Shown here in pieces: positions 23,048-35,492 of a DNA stretch of 64,000 nucleotides. Every line of letters starts with the position of its first letter. Position 1 is the first letter of the stretch. A model generated the notes under the pieces. It was not told the DNA's origin. It ran no database searches and saw nothing but the letters and a program-made list of their open reading frames with translations. Both the position numbers and the translations under genes were made by a program. Source of the stretch: Oopsacas minuta (taxonomy: Eukaryota > Animalia > Porifera); NCBI GenBank assembly GCA_024704765.1, contig JAKMXF010000222.1, forward strand, positions 62,001 to 126,000, read 5' to 3'.

Positions 23048-26000
23048 TTACTTGAAGTTCATGTGACGATACGGACCGTGAAACCTCAAATACTAAAATA
23101 AATGAATTTATTAAACTTCATTCTAATTAATAATTGAAATATATTATTAACAAATACAAAATTCCTATCAAACACAAAACCGAATTTCCATCGGATGAAT
23201 GGTGTTCTTTCGATATTAAAATTATCGGTATATTAAAATATAGAATCACACAAGTTAGCAGAAATTGTGACCAGAATTAACACAATTTCTAAAAACAAAC
23301 AATAACACACCACACAGATTAACTAACCATAAGATCAAGTGGGTTAAGGTAATGTGGTTGATTGCCAACCAAATTAAACATAAATATGCATAATGTGTAA
23401 TCACAAACCTGCATAATCGTAGAAGGGCCTCCGTCAACAGCTTGTGGGGGCATTCTTCCAAGAGAGCATCCCTCCACAGACATAAGTTGAAGGTTCTGAC
23501 ATAGAGCAAGTTCGAATGGTAATGAGTGTAGGTCTGTATTGTCATTCATGTACAGCTCTTCGAGCTTGCTAAGCGATCCTACATACACACAGATGGACTG
23601 AAAACTGAGAGAAATAATTGCTAGATAATCTATCGCATAGATGTAATCAATCAAGTCACAAGTGATTGATTAATTAAGTCTATGTAACCTTGCATAATTA
23701 TAGAATTTTGTGTAGGCCAAATGAAATGTATATGCTCTTTCGAGCACTGAATAGAACAGCGGTTCCCAACCATTTCACCCGTGGACCCCTATTTTGAGAT
23801 CATGTGAACCCCCTGTTGTAGTCCGTGGATCACCAAGGGGTCCATGTCCCCAGGTCAGGAACTGCTGGATTGGAAAAAGAAGCATTGAAAAGAATCCAAG
23901 CACACGTCACTGCATACAATACAGTATAATCAAAAGGAAAAAATTCAATGGTCAAATCACAATTACACTTTAGATCTGATGAATAATAGTATACACTGTA
24001 AATGTGAAAGTAATCATGGGGAATAATTGCTTCAATATCAATCTAACAAAACCATTCTACTACAAAATAATATTAGGAATCTGTATTGATTTCTAACCAA
24101 CTGAGTAGCAACTAGTCGACAATAATTCATAAAGACACACGAAGAAATAAGTTCCAAATTATGTCTCGTGTGGCTATACCACCCGAAGCCAACTCCACGC
24201 AAAGACGCCGAACAAACTTGCAAGTCTATCTACCAACCTGGAAATGATGATTACTCAAAGTCACTAATGGGTACTAAGTTCGCACTTTATTTGATGGTAT
24301 ATTAGCAGGCAATTAGACGAGTAATACCAACAAACAAACAAACAGGTGATTCATAAATATCTGCTGACATGGGGAATTTGAGATCGAATAATAGTCAGTC
24401 AGTCTAGTTGCCTGACTTATTTAATATATAATTATATACTAGTGCTAGTCTATTGATAAATTGGTTATCAATGCAATAATTAATAAGAAGAAATTGAGAA
24501 CTCACCGATCTCTTGGGGTATCTCTGTTATGTCATTCTCCCCTATACTCAGCACTTTCAAATTTGCAAGATTTCTATATGAACATAAGAAAATATAACTA
24601 CCAAAAAAAGGATTCGCTCAGCACAAAATACATCATAATGGACATATTATCACTTCAAATCGCCCTACAATCATACTCGGTTCTATTTGCAATTATCTGC
24701 TACAGTAAATTTGTACTAACGATATTGATATGGTATCATAATCACCTGTTAATCGATTTGACATTCAATGAATAAATATTTTAAGAATTCACATTCAAAT
24801 ATCACACATAAGCGTGAATTAACATTAGGTTACAAGGAACAAATTAATAGTATTCATATTGCTGCGTATCCGATACATTAAGCAAACAGCTGATTACAAA
24901 ACATGTATAGCCACATCTAACACACTTACCCTATACCCCTTGGCAGAGCTCGTAGTAGATTAGATTGTACATTTAACTTTACAAGTTCTCTTAAATAACC
25001 TGTGTGGAAATAATAATAATGATACAGTTTATTAATATTGAAATAATATAACTCACAGATTTCACCGGCTAACGCATCAAGCTTATTGCCCTCAAGATCT
25101 AAGATATTCAATTTTCTTAAGAAGCAGATGCCTTGTGGGATAACCTACACGATAATCAGTTAAACTACACAACACAACACACTAATACATGAATATTTAC
25201 CTTAATAAAATTGTTGTTTAGATGTAATACTTCAAGGTTAACCAAGTTTCTAATATCCTCTAAAACATAGCAAATTAATAGTTTTTGGTTTAATACATTA
25301 ATGCTGTGGTAAAACTTAACCAGAAATTCAACTGACCTGGTATGACTGTTATTTGGTTAGAAGCGAGGTTGATTTCTATGAAGTTCACCCAAGTACCGAA
25401 ATCTAAAGGCGATTTAGGGAATAGTGCTATTATAAGACAATTTGACTGAAGAAATGTAAATTACCTAATGGGAATGCTGTTATTTGATTATCCTTCATAT
25501 TAATCTTGTTCTATAATAAAATACAGAATTATAACGTAATATGAACCATGGATACAAATAACTAACTAGTTTAGGAGCTCCTGAGAACACAGCTTGAGGT
25601 ATCTTTGTAATACAGTTACTCTCCATTATGAGACACTGTAAAAAGCAAAATTATAAACACGAATAAGAGGTAGGTAGGTACATAGATATATACCATAACG
25701 TTCCCGAAATGTGTAGAGTCTATTACTGGTATTTCTTGGAATCTGTTTAAAGAGAGATGTAGCGTAGATAGCCGCGATAAGTTTAGCATTACAACTTCCT
25801 AAATAAACAAACAATTAGTAAACAAAAGCAACGAAATTCTCAAAACATCATCAACACACATGTAGGAGCTCTATCCTATTATTCTCTAACGTAAATTCCT
25901 GTAGAAATTTACAGTTAGCGAGTGAGTCAGGTAGAGAAGTAAGTCGATTGAACCTGTGATAAATAACACAATAAACATAACATATATCTAGTCAATATCA

Positions 26001-27658
26001 ATAGTACGAACTTTAAACCAAGTCTCTTCAGTTTAGTTATATTCCCTAATCCACTTGGTAGTTGCATTAGCTCGTTATGCTGTACATCTAGTGAAGTCAT
26101 GTTACGACATTGACATATTTCTAAACAAATAAATAAACTTAGTAATTACACACGCTTAATATTCCATAGGGCAATACCTTCAGGTAGTATCTCTAGTTGA
26201 TTATGGGATATATCCAATGCAGTTAAGTGTACCATCATTCCTATTAGAGAATATATGTGACATCATTGATAATAAAATGAGATGTTGAGTACTTACCGAT
26301 TTCTGGGGGGATTATCTTAATCTTGTTATCTCTCAAACTAAGTGTTGATATGTTCTAAAGTAAATACAAACAATAAACAAAGCTCAAAAGGTGTCGTGTA
26401 GATATACACACAGACTTTTAAATTTCCTATCTGACTCTTAATCTCTGTAATCTTATTAAACCGTAAATACAGAGTTTGTAGTTTGGAGAGCGAGTATATC
26501 TGGTCTGGTATCTAAGAATTGTAGTATATAATACAGATTTGGGGAAGAATAAAAGAGTTCTAGCCTAACCTCTCTCAATTTGTTATGTCTTAAGTCTAAC
26601 ACTTCCAACTTCGATAAATTACATACTTCCTCTACAAACAAATAAATAAACAACAACAAATAGAATATATCTACAAATTATACCTGGTAAATGTGTAATC
26701 TGGTTCTCACTAAGACCTAAAGTTTTCAAGTTTCCCAGTTTCCCAATTTCCGGTCCTAGTGTTTGTAATCTGTTCCCATACATATACAGTTGTTCCACAT
26801 GGTTACACTGTCAATATAGCAAATAATAATACAAAAATCAAACAAACAAACAAACAAACAAACAGAAGTGTACTTACATCTTTGATACTAGGAGGCATGC
26901 CAGGCAACTACAAGCAGTGAATATATATATGATACGGTAGTGATTGTATATACAGCAGATACCGGCTATAAGAACATGGATATAAGAACCATCCTCTGGA
27001 AAACAGTTCTCATATATTCCTGTATATTTATGCTGGTTATAAGAACATGCATTGCTACTCCCAATGGTGTTCTTATAACCGATATCCATTGTAGCTTATA
27101 CATATAACTCACATCTTGTTTAGCTAAGTCTAATCGCTTGGCTTTCTCTTCTTTAGCTTTTTGTATCTTTTTCTTTATTTCCTATAGAATACTAACATAA
27201 TAACAAATATACTTATAAGATAATAATCATTATCTTACAGGAGGTACATCAAAGTTGATATTATACTTTCTCCTTATAGATCCAGTGGCTTGTGGCTTGA
27301 CAGAATCAGGAGTAGATATTGTAACATGGAGTTCCTGTGATTTTGCTCCTCTCCTTCCCCCCTCTGGGACAAAGTCTGGTTCAGCGAACTTTACACCTCC
27401 TGAGGGTTCATGGAACTTGACCCCAGATGGTTCACTAAAGTTTACACCAGAAGGTTCTGCGAATTTGACCCCTGGCTGTCTCTGTGACGAAGGATCAAAC
27501 TTTACTCCAGATTGTATCCCTTCTGTAATATTAGCTACTTCGTTGTCAGCATCCATAAGACTGTTTCTATTATCTTGTGGACCTAGTCTGAAGCTTACTG
27601 GTGGCATTTCATCTTCATCTGAGTAATGGCGATTTGGTTCTTGGAATTGTACAGCCAT
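23048..27658 (-). CDS. SHOC2: SHOC2/SUR-8 leucine-rich-repeat scaffold, about 20 exons
   Basis: [68 protein letters not shown]|[11 protein letters not shown]: the diagnostic SHOC2 C-terminus. Exon 1 is 27658-27239 and the last exon is 23092-23048. Confidence 0.95.
23757..23867. mobile_element. hAT (Charlie-like) MITE family D in a SHOC2 intron
   Basis: CAGCGGTTCCCAACC ... GGTCAGGAACTGCTG; flanks GAATAGAA / GATTGGAA (6/8 match, decayed 8-bp TSD). Confidence 0.7.
26953..27091. mobile_element. MITE family C, full-length (139 bp), in a SHOC2 intron
   Basis: TA|CAGCAGATACCGGCTATAAGAACA ... TGTTCTTATAACCGATATCCATTG|TA. Confidence 0.8.
27377..27508 (-). repeat. Coding tandem repeat in the SHOC2 N-terminus: five GVxF units
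   Basis: [41 protein letters not shown]; the last four copies have a ~21-24 nt period. Confidence 0.9.
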
Positions 27659-27800
27659 CTTAGTATTCTAAGGCTAATTCGAAAACAATAAGACACTATT
27701 CAATTAGCCCCCAATTGTAAGTAGAGGCTTGGTTAGCCTAGAAATAAGAAACATAACATCCCTCATAATATATATTTAACATTCTACACAAATACTAGAG

Positions 27801-27926
27801 CTTTGTTTCCCAACCTTTTTGGCCTGTACCAATGTTATCATATTCTTGAGACCCCTCCCATATACTCAATTTTTACCTTTTCATGGACCACCAAGGGGTT
27901 CATGTACTCCAGGTTGGGAACCGCTG
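27801..27926. mobile_element. hAT (Charlie-like) MITE family D upstream of SHOC2
   Basis: CTTTGTTTCCCAACC ... GGTTGGGAACCGCTG; flanks TACTAGAG / TACTATAG (7/8 match TSD). Confidence 0.75.
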
Positions 27927-29398
27927 TACTATAGCAAAGCAGTGGTAAACAAATGCATTTGAAAAAAAGCAAACTGTTGAAATACTAAGGAAGTTGAAGT
28001 TTCTAGTGTAATCTGATAACTACAGAATGAGAGTATACACCATGGATAAGGTTAGTGATTGACGCTTAGTGCAATGATAATATTGGAAATTCAGAATTGT
28101 AAAGCTCTTAGTTCTCCATTTGCAACAAACTTTAGCAAACAAACAACAACAAAGAAACAACTCGTGTACTGCAGAGAACACTGACTAGATACTGTGAGAA
28201 CTATCTGTGAAATATTTTATCCTACATTTCTTTATACAACTACAAGGATGCTATAAGGAAGCTTCTATTATATTCAGCAGTACTCGAATAGGGTTTTGAA
28301 GCCCTCCACTTAATAGGTATATTAAAGACAACAATCGCCAGTAAACACACTCAAATTAACGTATAATAATATCATATAACATTATCGGAAGTTATTAATG
28401 AATCCTTTATTAATGACGTTGTATATGTGCAGATGTTTGTTGTTTGAGTGTATTTATACAGCTACATATTATTTGCGTAAAATATAATATAATCTTAATA
28501 TTGAAAAGAATATATGCTGGTGTACAAGGTTTGTGTCTTTGACATTACAGATTACGTATACGGACGACCCAAAATGCATGATGTTGAAATTAACACAATA
28601 TGATGTCATATCATAAAATTATTAATTATTTGTTGAAAAATAGATTGAAAATGAAGGATAATTTTAGACACAATTGGCCATCTTCTCGTTTGTATAAAAC
28701 ACCAACTTTTGTAAACATATGTATAGAAAGTAATCAATTACAATTGTTAAACACAGTCATTATTGATTTGCAAATTACATTTTGTAACACGATCCTTTAT
28801 GTATATAATTATTGCCCTAGTTTTCGACAAGATTTGTTGAGCTATCCTTCAATACATTTGTGTCCATTATTTGTAAGAAATATCGAATACTTACTTACTT
28901 CCACATACCATATTTGGAACTAATCTCACTGCATATGCCACTATTTCTGAATAATTCATTAATCACTCCACAATTTACAACATATGTATAAGAGAAACTG
29001 TATTGTATATTGCATTTTTGTGTATTTATTAATATTTGTAAACTATTAGCCTTCATACAGATGGTCTGTCTGTACTTATAAGATTCTCAACAGTTCCTCT
29101 TATTTCAAAGAGACTATTATAACACAAATTCTATTAGCTAGATCTAAAACATAATTTAAGTGAACTGTTCAGGTTTAGGAAACCAATATTAGATTGATTT
29201 ACCTTTTATTGATTTCACACGTCAGTAATTGATATTTCCTTTCGCTCTTTATAAGGTCATCATGTCACATTGTCTCTTTTACGCTAAAAAGCTATTCATG
29301 GCCATTCAGCTATCCAATAGGTTCCCTGCGGTACTATTAATACAGATTTTATTGATTGAGTGTTTGCCTTTATTAGCTAATACAGATAGTCACTAAAT

Positions 29399-32300
29399 AT
29401 GAGTAAGGGAGATGCAGTAATGGTCGTTGTCCGTGTGAGACCTTTGAATCGCCGCGAGATTGAAATGAACACAAAAATATGTATTGATATGAAAGGTAAA
29501 CAAGTATTGTTGTCATCAACAAATAAACAAAATCAAAAGAATTACAGTTTCGACCACTGTTTCTGGTCAATTAATCCAGACAACCCAAAGTTCACAGGAC
29601 AAGAGGGAGTATTCAATGCGCTAGGTGGTAACTTCCTCGACAATGCCTTTCAAGGTTATAACGGATGTGTTTTCGCGTATGGACAGACAGGTTCTGGGAA
29701 GTCTTACACCATGATGGGTCCCCCTTCAGGAGAGGAACAGAGGGGGCTGATACCTCGTCTCTGTGACTCCCTCTTCTCTAGAATAGAACAACAGACAGCA
29801 GATAAGCCAGACATAACTTCTACAGTAGAGGTTAGTACTCACGAATTTACCTTATAATTATATGTCTATTACTTGTCTAAATTATAGGTATCTTATATGG
29901 AAATATACAATGAAAAAGTCAGAGACTTATTTATGCCACGAGTATCTCAAAAAGAATTAAAAGTAAGAGAACATCACTCGCTAGGGCCATACGTAGAGGG
30001 CCTGACTAAACTAGCTACCACGACAAGCGGAGAGATTGAGAGACTCATGTTAGAGGGCAACAGGTCTCGGACAGTAGCAGCTACTCAAATGAATGCGGAA
30101 TCATCCAGGTAATAATCTCAAACATATAACTGTATTCTGTGACGACATTATATATATACTGACCTAATATAGATCACATGCAGTGTTTACAATCGAGTTC
30201 AGACAGACAGAATTCGATTCTGTAAGAGGATTAGGTACTGAGAAAGTATCACGGATATCTTTAGTGGATTTAGCAGGCTCAGAGCGTGCCTCTAAGACTG
30301 GAACAACAGGAGATCGATTGAAAGAAGGTTCTAACATTAATCTAGCTCTTACAACACTAGGTACGTATAATACATGGATAGATGTTTATGAATATAACAC
30401 ATGGATAGATGTTTATGAATATTTGTATATAGGGAGAGTAATATCGTCTCTAGCAGACATATCATCTGGCAAGAAAGGAACTCAGGACTTCGTACCGTAC
30501 AGAGATTCTGTGTTAACTTGGTTACTCAAGGACAGTTTAGGTGGTAACAGTAGGACTATTATGATTGCTACCATTAGCCCTGCTAAGGATAATTTTGAAG
30601 AGAGCTTATCTACTCTAAGGTAGTTAATATTACACGATACAGTGAATGCCGGCTATAAGAACATGTATTAATACTCCCAAGGGAGCTCTTATAACCAGCA
30701 TCTACTGTATTATAGAGAGACTGTTCTTATAAATATTACGTCATAGATATGCTGATAGCGCTAAGCGTATTGTGAATCATGCTATTATCAATGAGGATGA
30801 TAATTCCAGGATAATCCGTGAGTTGAAGGAGGAGCTAAATCGCTTGAAAGAGATGCTAGAGAGCGGAGGAGGAGGAGGGGGAGGAGCTCCGGGAGCAAGG
30901 GACATGCATACAGGAGATGATGAGCTCGCTGAGAAACTCAAAGATGCTCAGAATATGTTAGCTCAGCATGAACAGAGCTGGACAGAGAAACTAGATAATA
31001 CTCATAAACTTGAGGAAGAGAGACAACGGATAATGGAGGAGATGGGAATATCTATTCAATCAGCTGGGATACAAGGAAAAAGTGGTTAGTACAAATCATG
31101 CCACAACTCTTATATACAGGCAGTTAACTCCACTTATATTGAAGTCATTTTCGGGTTCCTTTAGCTTCGATATTACGAGAGTTGACAGATAATAATATAC
31201 ACTATTTATCACAGTTTCTCACTATAGGTCATTTCTATTTGGTGAATATGAATGCAGATCCCAGTATGAACGAGCTACTAGTATATAACGTTAAAGAAAC
31301 TACAATAATTGGTAGACCTGATAACAAACCACCACCTGATATACAACTACGTGGCCTTAGTATTAACAAACAACATTGTAAGATAGAGATTATTGGAACA
31401 GAATGTATTATATCACGATATGGAGATGCAGTCATATACGTTAATGGAAAGGAGATATTTGAACCTACACAACTCTACCATGGCTATAGAATGCTACTAG
31501 GTAACAACCATTGGTTCAGGGTCAACGCCCCTGGAGGACATGCTAATCCTCCAGAAGGTTTGTGTGATGCAGATGTAGATATAAATACAGCTAAGAAAGA
31601 GTTAGCTATGAATGATTATGATTCTATAGTTAATGATATGAAGGAAGAGAAGGAGGAAGCACTACGTAAAATACACAAGGAGTATGAAGAACAGTTACAA
31701 GAGTATAGAGATAAATTAACAGATGCAATGTCTACTCCAGAGACTTATAATCCTCCTTCAGAGCTAGATTCACAATCCCTAATACGATTACAAGAAGTAG
31801 TACTATATGCTAGTGATCTGGTTAGGACAGCTAATCAGTATAGTGAAGCTCTACAGAAGGAAGTAAAGTTCTCTGTTACACTACGTATTGATCCCAGCTA
31901 TCTAGCGCCTCGCTCCAGATTCCTATTTAGAGAGGATCTTACATACTGTGTGGCTATACGCGTTATATTCACGTCTAAGAGCACTGATGCTGTCTGGAGT
32001 CTAGACACACTACAGGAGAAGTTAGCAGTGATAGCAGAGATGTATGAAGAAATTGAGAGAAACCGCGAGGAAAAAGGAGAAGGTGTTAAAATGTGGTGGA
32101 ACGAGAGTATGGGTCCTGATCCTTTCTGTGACATGGAGAATCATTCATTGATAGGCGTGGCTAATGCATACTTATCTTGTTTGTTCCATTTTATACCAGT
32201 TGAATTCAGTGCTCCTATTCTAAGTCCACAAGGCCTAGTTATCGGTAAATTAAATTTAGTATTACAACGGTTAAACACACTACACCATGATATTGATAAC

Positions 32301-34859
32301 TTTGAGGATTGTGATCCGTTCTCTACAGCTAGTTCATATACTGGATCATCGATATCAGCGCTACAGGATATTCTACCTGGTTCTAATATATATATACGTG
32401 TAACAATACAAAATGCACAAGACCTTCCTCCTAATATTCAGTTCGTATTCTGTCAGTATAGAATGTTTGGATTTGAAGAGGCAGTGACTGTAGCCTCTAT
32501 CTTAGAAGCTGGACACCAAAATTCTATTACAGAAGGTTGTATACCTTTTAATCACACTAAAACATTCTCATTAGAAGCTACTGATGATTTTATTGACTAC
32601 TGTAGGGAGGGGGTGTTGTCAATTGAAGTGTTTGGCCATAGGGCAACAGCTGTTGACTACCGCGATTTATCTTCAACTACGTCAATCGATGAAAACCCAG
32701 AAAGGAAATGGGTAAGAATAAGGAACTTTATTAGTTTATCAGCTAAGATCTTAGAGCTTAATGTAGAAGGAGAACATTTCCCAGTGGAACTAAAAGAATC
32801 ATCACAATCTCTATGTGGTGGTACATACCAGTTGAAACAAGGTCAGAGTAGGAAGATTCAAGTTTCGGTGCAGAACGTGCAATCTTCTGGCCTGATAGAA
32901 CTCGGATCTATTCAGAATATCGAGATAGGAAGTATCGTAGTTCGATCTAAACAGGATATACCATTAGATTCATTTCAAGAACAAGATTTTAACATTATGA
33001 AAGAGAAATGGGGTCAAACACTGATGCTACGTAAAGATTATCTCGATAGCGAAATGAAAGACTTAATGGACAAACAGGAGAAGACATCAGATGATATTCA
33101 TAAAGAAACGAAACTAATCGATGAATGGCTACAAATGCAACAAGAAAGAAACCTCCTCGTTCACTCAGACTTCAGCCAGATATTAGGCATGTCTAAGAAT
33201 TGGTATCTACCTATTGGGTACGAATCTAGACCTCCTATAATATTTATAGACATTGAGAACGAGCTCATCCATAAAACAGGTTATATCCCAGGTGAACGAG
33301 ACCCCCAAATGCTCCCACTTAAATTCAAGGTAGAGAGTTCTTCTAAGCTCGATGCTACTGCTACGTGGGATGCAACTGATCATGAGAATAAACATCTAAT
33401 GAGTATTACGTCACCAAAAGAGAGAGTGTTTATAACTCTAAGGGTGACTGTAGCAATGAAACATCCACCTGGTTGTAAAATCAGGCTTAGGAAACGTTTA
33501 CAAATTCGTATTATTAAAGGAACACGCGGTGGGTTTCTTGCTGGCTTCCCATTCGCCAGAGAGCAGGTCAGGAAGTCTGGTGTTGTATTCGAGATATTTT
33601 GTGGTCTGCCCCGTACAGAAGGTGTACCAACTCGTGTAGATGTGCATCCTAGCATTTTAGAACCGAATAAAGGTGAATCGATCGTACAGGCATTTAGACG
33701 AGGCATGGAAGAGATTTCTAACCAGCTTCAACTTGACCGTTTACGTCAAGAGATATCCCTAAAGGAACAACTTAACAAAGCTGGTTCTGGACAACTTAAT
33801 CCACCCCCATCCGTAAGTCCTGGTTTACATAGCGGTATATCAAGTTCCCCAAGGAGTCAGGACGATTCAGAATCACCCGAGCTAGAAAACATACCCGGTA
33901 TCGTAGTGTCACCCCCCATACATCGTCCCTTGAAGCAATCCCCCCTGATACCTCACTCAAGCAGTAACTCAGACCTATTCACTCCCCCAATGAGCAGGAG
34001 TCCTGTAGATGAGGTTACACAACAAGTAACTAACCTACAAACAGCTGATATAACACCAACACCTAATGAACAAGAACCTATCCCTAAATTACTGGTTGTA
34101 TCAGCTACAATAGATGAGACTGATGAAGGTTTGGTCATAGCAAAACAAAGTTCTGATGCTAATGATCTTGGGAGGCAGTTTGATTTAGATTTAGCAATAA
34201 ACCTTAAAAATTTACCTCGTGAGTCTCCAGAGGCCCTATTGACCCCTGACCTTTCCGATAACGAGAGTCAGGACAGGTTCACGAACCCTGATACTCACCA
34301 GAGCTATGATATGGGAAATTCACAATTTAAATCTCCATCAGTTTCCCCACTCCAGTCTCCCATCAAGTCTCCGATACATAAGAAGTCATCAGCACCAGCT
34401 ACAACACCCAGTAAGAAGTCTAGCCTAGGGAGAGCTATCCCTCCCCGATCTGTTACACCAGATCTTATAGGCAAGTCTCGAATTAACATCAATAACCGGC
34501 ATTCAACACCTGGAGCTGCTTCCCCTGGTGTGGACTTTAAACTTAACGATACCGTTCTTGTGGATCTCAAAGCAGGTAACAAAGTAGGTAAAGTGCGATA
34601 CATTGGGACATTTCTCCCTGCAAAAGACAATGAGATCTGGGTGGGTCTACAACTTCATGAGCCAATTGGCAAACATAACGGTACAGTAGAGTCCAAAGTT
34701 TACTTTAAATGCAAAGAAAAGCATGGTGCATTTGTTCCTCTATCAAAAATCATCTGTGTTTGTAATGACAGAGCGAAAACAAGCTCAAGTGCTGGTCCGC
34801 GGATAACACGATCATTCACACCGCTAGACAACACCTCCAGAGGAAGAATCAAGAATTAA
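29399..34859 (+). CDS. KIF13: Kinesin-3 KIF13A/B ortholog (motor-coiled coil-FHA-stalk-CAP-Gly); about 6 exons, last exon 31228-34859
   Basis: VRVRPLN, FDHCFWS, P-loop [52 protein letters not shown]; FHA IGRP..DIQL.G..I.KQH; C-terminal CAP-Gly [15 protein letters not shown]...YF.CK.KHGAFV. Confidence 0.95.
30366..30419 (+). repeat. 27-bp tandem duplication inside a 72-nt KIF13 intron (30361-30432)
   Basis: TATAAYACATGGATAGATGTTTATGAA x2. Confidence 0.9.
30640..30707. mobile_element. MITE family C, short copy in a KIF13 intron
   Basis: TA|CAGTGAATGCCGGCTATAAGA ... TCTTATAACCAGCATCTACTG|TA. Confidence 0.75.
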
Positions 34860-35492
34860 TAGCCTTTTTATTTGTATCTATACACTGCATGTCAGTATTT
34901 CTACACACACCGGTACACAGATATATATTTTCTATGTTTAAAATGGTCAATTCATTATTAACATAACTTCTCTCTTTGTGTATATTTTGGATAAGAATTA
35001 CTGAATATTGTAGTTTTGCATCTGCTAATACTGTTCCGTTATTTTAGATGTAAATATAGCTTGTGCATTTTAACTTTTCTGTTTACTTTACGACTAATAA
35101 TATCCCTGTAGTATTTCACCGGACCACGCAGTTTTACCAAGAAAATTGCAACAATTGGCATATTTCACATGCAAGGCACAACTTTAATCATTGGTTTCAT
35201 ATATTTGCAATCATTGCATGTAATATTAATATTTTATTCCAATATCCCTTGCGTTAAATGTAATGCGTGGATCTTCTCACCATAATTTGTGGATTATTGA
35301 TTAATTCTGAATCGATACGATTGATTCTATAAATAAGCTAAAAGTATAGACGATCATTCTAACTTGAAAAAGAAGGGCAAAACTCTTACCAGACTGTTTC
35401 ACAAAGATCAGCGTTATCAAGAATCGCCTTTGAAAGCTGAAATGAAACAGAGACCTCCGTACCAGTCTGATCCAAATCTCCTGGATGAAAAT
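30841..35492 (+). repeat. Tandem segmental duplication, unit 1 (KIF13 neck-to-3' region plus the start of the downstream gene)
   Basis: Colinear with 35493-39966; ends in the QSDPNLLDEN exon copied from 39775ff. Confidence 0.95.
31121..31188. mobile_element. MITE family A, internally deleted copy in a KIF13 intron
   Basis: CAGTTAACTCCACTTATATTGAAG ... CTTCGATATTACGAGAGTTGACAG; the longer counterpart is at 35767-35933. Confidence 0.7.

Noticed and set aside
27255-27626. 123-aa plus-strand ORF with repeated FTP-GS units
   Set aside because: Mirror of the GVxF repeat in SHOC2 exon 1.
28600-28923. 107-aa ORF between SHOC2 and KIF13
   Set aside because: Very AT-rich, low-information composition typical of non-coding DNA; no splice or homology support.
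35364-35441. TTG start for the chimeric ORF as given by the ORF track
   Set aside because: The TTG is an internal Leu codon of the donor exon (SNL-KRKG); the first ATG is at 35442.
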